From positions 1 to 11,133 of the forward strand of contig CALCTH010000513.1 of the NCBI GenBank assembly GCA_937893795.1: a DNA stretch of 11,133 bases. Direction: 5' to 3'. A model generated the notes under the pieces. The model worked only from the letters and a program-made list of their open reading frames with translations. It was not told the DNA's origin and did not search any database. A program made the translations under genes and the position numbers. This stretch comes from an uncultured Myxococcales bacterium. Its GTDB lineage: Bacteria > Myxococcota_A > Polyangia > Polyangiales > Houyiibacteriaceae. Positions 6,895-11,133 of the stretch are shown here, in pieces (position 1 is the stretch's first letter; the number at the start of each line of letters is the position of its first letter).

Positions 6895-7111
6895 TCAGGG
6901 GCCCCCTCCCCGGTTCCATATCTTGAACGCAACGGGGGAAGCGGGTCGCGCCTCGCCGGAAGGTGAATCGCGCGACGCCGCCCGGCCGCTTCTCCTTCCG
7001 CGCGAGTCGCTCGCGCCGAGGGAGAAGCGGTCGCCCGTCGCGCCTCGCACCGCCCCGAAAGGACCTCCGCGCTCGCCTCGAAGCCTCCGGCTTCGGCGGG
7101 ACGGCCACGCC

Positions 7112-7747
7112 ATGCATCAGCTCGTCTTCTATTTGCCCATGCTCTTCGGCGCCCTGCTCGCCGCAGGCGCCGCGCTCGGTCTGCTCGAGGTCGGACCGGA
7201 GCTCGACTTCGACACGGACGTTGACGCCGACGTCGATGCGGACGTCGACGTCGATGCGGAGGCCGACGCCGACGCGGACGCCGAGGGCGGCTCCTTCGCC
7301 GGCGCGCTCCTCGGCGCGCTCGGCGTCGGCAAGGCCCCGCTCGGCGTGCTCTTGATGAGCGCCTGCTTCCTCTTCGGCCTCGTCGGCCTCGCGGTCGACC
7401 TTCTGCTCGGAGGCGGCGCCGCCTGGCTGCCCGTGTCCATCGGCGTCGCGCTCGTCGCGGCGCTCTTCGGCACCGGGCGCCTCGGCCGCGTCTTCGGCCG
7501 GCTGGTGCCCACCAAGGAGAGCTACGTGAGCCGGAAGCACGATCTGCTCGGCCTCGAAGGCCGCGCCCTCACGGCGACGGACGGCGCCTTCGGCGTCGCC
7601 ACCGTCGTCGACGCAGGCGGCGCCCCCCTTCGCGTCCGCTGCCGGACGCTCCCCAGCGACCCGCCCCTCGCCCCCGGCGAGGCCCTCGTGGTCGCCGACT
7701 ACGACGAGGACGACGACACGTTCCTCGTCACCCGCCTCGCCGACTGA
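7112..7747 (+). CDS. yqiJ: YqiJ/NfeD-like inner-membrane protein (DUF1449 family). It has N-terminal TM helices and a C-terminal OB-fold-like domain, and is the partner of the downstream flotillin.
   Basis: About 211 aa from ATG at 7112 (MHQLVFYLPMLFGALLAAG...). Its architecture is collinear with E. coli YqiJ: TM1, a charged loop, TM2-3 (VGKAPLGVLLMSACFLFGLVGLAV), GRVFGRLVPTKESYVS, then a beta-rich C-terminus (LRVRCRTLPSD...GEALVVADYDEDDDTFLVTRL). It is followed 44 bp later by a flotillin gene, the same arrangement as the yqiJK / yuaF-floT operons. The track ORF start at 6923 gives a Pro/Arg-rich N-terminal extension that looks non-coding. Confidence 0.8.
   Translation: MHQLVFYLPMLFGALLAAGAALGLLEVGPELDFDTDVDADVDADVDVDAEADADADAEGGSFAGALLGALGVGKAPLGVLLMSACFLFGLVGLAVDLLLGGGAAWLPVSIGVALVAALFGTGRLGRVFGRLVPTKESYVSRKHDLLGLEGRALTATDGAFGVATVVDAGGAPLRVRCRTLPSDPPLAPGEALVVADYDEDDDTFLVTRLAD
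7205..7285 (+). repeat. Imperfect hexanucleotide tandem repeat (GAC-GYC/GCG)n inside the yqiJ-like CDS. It encodes an acidic dipeptide repeat, DFDTDVDADVDADVDVDAEADADADAE.
   Basis: Read directly: gacttcgacacggacgttgacgccgacgtcgatgcggacgtcgacgtcgatgcggaggccgacgccgacgcggacgccgag. The antisense frame of the same stretch gives the artefactual SASASASTSTSAS ORF. Confidence 0.8.
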
Positions 7748-7791
7748 CGGCGCGGCGTCCCCATCCACCACCGCTCGAGAAAGGAACGTTC

Positions 7792-9585
7792 ATGATCTTG
7801 GTCCTGGTTTGCGCCTTCGCGCTGGCTCTCATCGGAGGGCCCGTCGCCGCAGGCCTCGCGGGCCACCCCCTCGGACCCCTCGCGACGATCGCGATGACCG
7901 CCACGGGTGTGCTCTTACTGCTCGCGGTGGGCGCCCTGGCGACCTACCAGCGGCTCTACGAGAAGACGCGCGCGAACGAAGCCTTCGTGCGCACCGGCCG
8001 CGGGGGCGTGACCGTCATTCGTGACGGCGGCGCCTTCGTCGTGCCCCTTCTCCACGAGCTCATCCAGGTGCCCCTCACGACCCTCAAGCTCCGCGTCACG
8101 CGGAAGAACGAGGACGCGCTCATCACGCAGGACAAGCTCCGCGCCGACATCGAGGCGGAGTTCTTCGTTCGCGTGCAGCCCGACGAAGAGAGCATCCTCC
8201 AGGCCAGCCGTTCCCTCGGCGAGCGCCTCGGAGAGCCCGAAGCCGTCAAGGAGCTCGTCGAGGACAAGCTCGTGAGCGCCCTCCGTACGGCCGCCGCGGG
8301 CAAGACCCTCGAGCAGCTCAACAGCGAGCGCGACGCCTTCCTCACCGAGGTGATGAAGCTGGTCGGGGACGACCTGCGCGCCAACGGCCTGATCCTCGAG
8401 ACGGTGACCATCTCCCGCCTCGACCAGACCGATGACAAGTACCTGAAGGCCGAGAACATCTTCGACGCCCAGGGACGCCGGAAGATCGCCGAGATCACCG
8501 AGCTCAACCTGACCGAGCGCAACCGCTTGGTCCGCGCCGGTGAGCGCGAGCGGAAGCTGCAGGACGTGCAGACGAAGCAGGAGGTGCTCGAGCTGGAGCG
8601 GCAGGAGGAGGAGGCCAGCGCCCGCATGCGGGCGGAGGTCGCCAAGATCCAGGCCGACGCGCAGCGCGAGGCGCGGGTGGAGCAGATCGCCGCAGAGCGG
8701 AAGGTCGAGCTCGCCCACGTCGAGAAGACCAAGGCCCTCGAGCTCGCCTCGCGTGAGCAGGAGGAGGCCGTGGGCGTCGCCGAGCGCGCGAAGCAGCAGC
8801 AGATCGCCAGGGCCGAGAAGGAGCGGGCCGCCGCGGAAGCGGAGCTCGCCACCGCCGAGGCCGAGCGCGAGCTGGCGCGGCAGAAGGTCGAGACCGTGCG
8901 CGTCACGGAGGCGGCCAACCGACAGAAGGCCAAGGGCGTCATCGACGCCCAGGCCGACGCCGAGCGCGGGTTCCTCAGCGAGCAGCGCAAGGCCGACGCC
9001 GAGGCCTACACCGTGCAGAAGCAAGCGGAAGCGCAGATGCTGAGCGCCGACGCCGAGTCCACCGCGATTCGGAAGAAGGCCGAGGCGTCGGCGGAGGCCG
9101 AGCGCCTGAAGGCCGAGGGCATGAAGGCCACCGCGATGGTTCCCGTCGAGGTGGATAAGGCCCGGGTCGCGCTCGACCGCGATCGCATCGAGACCGTCGT
9201 GAAGCCGGAGCTCGAGGCGCGGGAGAAGCACGGCCAGGTCGCGCAGGAGTTCGAGCTCGCGAAGCTGCGCATCGCGGCGGAGAAGGAGGTCCAGGTCGCC
9301 CTCGCGGAGGCCCAGGCCACGCTCTTCACCAAGATGGAGGCGAACCTCTACGGAACGCCCGAAGACGTCACGAAGATCCTCGAGAGCCTCACGCGCGGGC
9401 AGCAGCTCGCGAAGGGCATCGAGGGCTTCGTGGAGAGCGCGAACGGCACCACGCTGGCGGGCCTCGGCACGCTGGCGAAGGCCGCCGCGGCCAAGCTCGG
9501 CGGGCCGAGCGACGAGCCCGCCGCACTCCCGGCACCCACCGGCACCCCCACCAACGGCGAAACGCCGCCCACCGCGGCCGAGTAG
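7792..9585 (+). CDS. yqiK: Flotillin-like protein (SPFH/band-7 domain; YqiK/FloT type) with a long Glu/Ala-rich coiled-coil and a Pro/Thr-rich C-terminal tail
   Basis: 597 aa. ATG at 7792 is preceded by gagaaaggaacg (an RBS). It has an N-terminal TM helix (ILVLVCAFALALIGGPVAAGLAG). The SPFH core is YQRLYEKTRANEAFVRTGRGG...VVPLLHELIQVPLTTLKLRV...DIEAEFFVRVQP. From about aa 250 to 470 there is a flotillin-type EA-rich heptad region (ELERQEEEASARMRAEVAKIQADAQREARVEQIAAERKVELA...). Confidence 0.9.
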   Translation: MILVLVCAFALALIGGPVAAGLAGHPLGPLATIAMTATGVLLLLAVGALATYQRLYEKTRANEAFVRTGRGGVTVIRDGGAFVVPLLHELIQVPLTTLKLRVTRKNEDALITQDKLRADIEAEFFVRVQPDEESILQASRSLGERLGEPEAVKELVEDKLVSALRTAAAGKTLEQLNSERDAFLTEVMKLVGDDLRANGLILETVTISRLDQTDDKYLKAENIFDAQGRRKIAEITELNLTERNRLVRAGERERKLQDVQTKQEVLELERQEEEASARMRAEVAKIQADAQREARVEQIAAERKVELAHVEKTKALELASREQEEAVGVAERAKQQQIARAEKERAAAEAELATAEAERELARQKVETVRVTEAANRQKAKGVIDAQADAERGFLSEQRKADAEAYTVQKQAEAQMLSADAESTAIRKKAEASAEAERLKAEGMKATAMVPVEVDKARVALDRDRIETVVKPELEAREKHGQVAQEFELAKLRIAAEKEVQVALAEAQATLFTKMEANLYGTPEDVTKILESLTRGQQLAKGIEGFVESANGTTLAGLGTLAKAAAAKLGGPSDEPAALPAPTGTPTNGETPPTAAE

Positions 9586-9611
9586 CGAACGACGCCGCGA
9601 GAACGCGGCAT

Positions 9612-9651
9612 GGCCCCCGATCGGCACCGTCCGGTCGGGGGCCTCCTTTTT
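9612..9651 (+). terminator. Rho-independent terminator downstream of the flotillin gene. Its hairpin sits between the convergent flotillin and hutF genes.
   Basis: GGCCCCCGATCGG-caccgt-CCGGTCGGGGGCC is a 13-bp GC-rich stem with one mismatch and a 6-nt loop. It is followed by TCCTTTTTGG (a T5 tract) on the + strand. Confidence 0.65.
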
Positions 9652-9656
9652 GGACG

Positions 9657-11018
9657 TCAGCCCAGGTCGAGGCGCGTCGCGGCGTGGCGCCAGCGGGCGC
9701 GGAGCGCATCTCGTGCGCGGTGCTTGCCCTCGCTGACCACGCGCTCGCCGCGTGCCCAGACCTCACGCACCAGCCCGCGCTGTCCGGCGAGCACGAAGGT
9801 GTCGAGGAGCGCGTCGTCGCTCCGCGCGACAAGGCGCGGGTGCGTGTCGTCGAGCACGACCAGGTCGGCGAGCGCGCCGACGCTCAGGCCCCCCTCGGTC
9901 TCGCCGAGCGCCCGCGCGCCGCCCGCCACCGCCGCCTCCCAGCGCCCGGCGCCTACGTGGTGCCGCGGGCCCGGGCCCGGCCGAAGCACGTTGCGGCGCT
10001 CGGCCCGGAGGCGCTGGCCACCCTCGAGCGTGCGGAGCTCCTCCGCCGGGTCGACGATCACGTGGCTGTCCGAGCCGATGGCGACGGCGCCGCCTTCGGC
10101 GAGGAACGCTTCGCCGGGGAAGAGGCCGTCGCCGAGATTCGCTTCCGTGGTCGGGCAGAGCACGACCGTCGCGCCGCTCCGGGCGAGCGTGCGCACCTCG
10201 TCGCCATCGAGGTGCGTCGCGTGCACGAGGTTCCAGCGCGGCGAGAGCTCCACGTTCTCCGCGAGCCACGCGGCGGGTCGCGCCCCGAGCACGCGGAGAG
10301 CGTCGTCGACCTCGGCCTGCTGCTCGGCGAGGTGAAGATGGACGGGCGCCTCGTCCGGCATGCCGGCCAGAGCGACGTTCATCTCCTCGGGTGTCACGGC
10401 CCGGAGCGAGTGCAGCGCGAGACCCACCCGCGCGTCCGGAAGGCGCTCGGCGGCGCGCTCGGCGATGGTGAGGAGACCCTCGGGTGAGTTCACGAAGCGC
10501 CGCTGGTCGTCGCGCGGCGGCTGCCCGCCGAGGCCTCCGTGCGCGTAGAGCACGGGGAGCAGCGTGAGGCCGATGCCCGCCTCCCTCGCCGCTTGGCCGA
10601 TGCGGAGCGCGAGCTCCGCGGGCTCGTCGTAGGGCGCGCCGCTCGCCTGGTGGTGCAGGTAGTGGAACTCGGCGACGGTCGTGTAGCCGGCTTCGAGCAT
10701 CTCCGCGTAGAGCATCGCCGCCGTAGCCTCGAGGCCCTCGGGGTCCATCGCGAGGGCGATGCGATACATCGTGTCGCGCCAGGTCCAGAAGCTATCGGGC
10801 TCCGTGCCGGCGTGCTCGGCGAGGCCGGCCATGGCCCATTGGAAGGCGTGCGAGTGCGCGTTCGGCATGCCCGGGATCACGGGTCCCGGCAGCCGCGTCG
10901 CCTCGCCGGGCGCGGCGTCCGGGCGGATCGTCACGATGCGGCCGCGCGCGACGCCGAAGAGCACGTCGCGGCTCCAGCCGTCGTGCAGGCGCGCCCTCGG
11001 CGCGTGGAGCTGCCTCAT
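9657..11018 (-). CDS. hutF: Formimidoylglutamate (N-formimino-L-glutamate) deiminase HutF, an amidohydrolase-superfamily enzyme
   Basis: About 453 aa from the internal ATG (MRQLHAPRARLHDGWSRDVLF...). It is near-collinear with Pseudomonas HutF: LPGMPNAHSHAFQWAMAGLAE, DSFWTWRDTMYR, AGYTTVAEFHYLHH, GIGLTLLPVLYAHGGLGGQP, QRRF, HSLRAVTPEE, PVHLHLAEQQAEVDD, EANLGDGLFP, GGAVAIGSDSHV and EELRTLEGGQRLR. That ATG overlaps the TGA of an upstream minus-strand ORF in an ATGA arrangement, which indicates translational coupling and supports this start over the track GTG at 11048. Coordinates follow the ORF track. My own count of the printed sequence near 11017-11049 differs by 1 nt. Confidence 0.9.
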   Translation of the reverse strand: MRQLHAPRARLHDGWSRDVLFGVARGRIVTIRPDAAPGEATRLPGPVIPGMPNAHSHAFQWAMAGLAEHAGTEPDSFWTWRDTMYRIALAMDPEGLEATAAMLYAEMLEAGYTTVAEFHYLHHQASGAPYDEPAELALRIGQAAREAGIGLTLLPVLYAHGGLGGQPPRDDQRRFVNSPEGLLTIAERAAERLPDARVGLALHSLRAVTPEEMNVALAGMPDEAPVHLHLAEQQAEVDDALRVLGARPAAWLAENVELSPRWNLVHATHLDGDEVRTLARSGATVVLCPTTEANLGDGLFPGEAFLAEGGAVAIGSDSHVIVDPAEELRTLEGGQRLRAERRNVLRPGPGPRHHVGAGRWEAAVAGGARALGETEGGLSVGALADLVVLDDTHPRLVARSDDALLDTFVLAGQRGLVREVWARGERVVSEGKHRARDALRARWRHAATRLDLG

Positions 11019-11133
11019 CCCGCCCCCCGCGTACGCGCCTCGATCCACCGCAGCGCGGTCTCGACGAAGGCGCGGAGCCCCGGCCGCACCTGCGCCGCGC
11101 GCCCGTGCTCGATGCGCGGCGCGCGGGCCGCCT
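11015..11133 (-). CDS. 3' end of an unidentified upstream gene (partial, continuing beyond the window), translationally coupled to hutF
   Basis: The reverse-complement frame reads ...AARAPRIEHGRAAQVRPGLRAFVETALRWIEARTRGAG* with G/C-dominated third positions. Its TGA overlaps the hutF ATG. The family is not recognisable from 39 residues. Coordinates are ±1. Confidence 0.35.
   Translation of the reverse strand, partial: AARAPRIEHGRAAQVRPGLRAFVETALRWIEARTRGAG

Noticed and set aside
6840-6900. Possible sigma-54 (-24/-12) promoter around TGGCGTGAGCCCGCG and GGatcggttGC
   Set aside because: The spacing and the -12 element do not fit the TGGCAC-N5-TTGC consensus.
6650-7771. 373-aa minus-strand ORF and others (6963-7355 +, 7129-7515 -) over the yqiJ-like region
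   Set aside because: They are antisense or alternative-frame to a gene with recognisable YqiJ architecture. The SASASASTSTSAS segment is simply the reverse frame of the (GACGYC)n repeat.
7915-9627. 570-aa and 344-aa minus-strand ORFs antisense to the flotillin gene
   Set aside because: They are Leu/Gly/Arg-rich or Ser/Arg-rich low-complexity mirror images of the EA-rich coiled-coil codons (GAG/GCC/CGC read in reverse). The sense frame has the SPFH domain and an RBS.
9684-10487. Three overlapping + strand ORFs (9684-10487, 9752-10471, 9610-10335) and 9763-10269 (-) inside hutF
   Set aside because: hutF on the minus strand is near-collinear with characterised HutF. The others are Arg/Ala/Pro-rich artefacts.
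1-11133. Mobile element, integrase, defense island or tRNA signatures
   Set aside because: No transposase or integrase-like ORFs were found. There are no terminal inverted repeats flanking a block and no tRNA-like cloverleaf candidates. GC content is uniform apart from short intergenic dips. Gene content is housekeeping, stress or metabolic.

Overview
The window is about 72% GC, which suggests a Myxococcota- or actinobacteria-like chromosome. Because of the high GC, the six-frame track is dominated by long antisense or out-of-frame ORFs that are artefacts. Real frames were chosen by protein-family recognition and third-position GC bias.

The supported gene content, in order, is:
- a 5'-open hypothetical CDS at 26-1060 (+);
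- an EamA/DMT transporter (-);
- a co-oriented minus-strand block of glutathione peroxidase (Cys-type), a small Lys-rich hypothetical, a METTL9/DREV-family SAM methyltransferase homolog and DNA-3-methyladenine glycosylase I (tag);
- a lysophospholipid/1-acylglycerol-3-phosphate acyltransferase-family CDS divergent from gpx;
- a VOC/glyoxalase-family CDS divergent from a regulator that looks like a tandem HxlR-type winged helix, the two separated by the only AT-rich island in the window;
- a small DUF4177-like protein;
- a YqiJ/NfeD-like membrane protein plus flotillin-like SPFH protein operon (the yqiJK / yuaF-floT type), followed by a strong Rho-independent terminator;
- formimidoylglutamate deiminase (hutF) on the minus strand, translationally coupled to a partial upstream gene at the window edge.

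There is no CRISPR array, tRNA, rRNA or obvious mobile element. The most unusual item is the bacterial METTL9/DREV-like methyltransferase, which in eukaryotes is a protein histidine N-methyltransferase, sitting in an apparent stress/repair operon. The other notable items are an acidic (Asp-X)n loop in the YqiJ-like protein encoded by a hexanucleotide DNA repeat, a hexanucleotide microsatellite upstream of the transporter, and several candidate operator inverted repeats.
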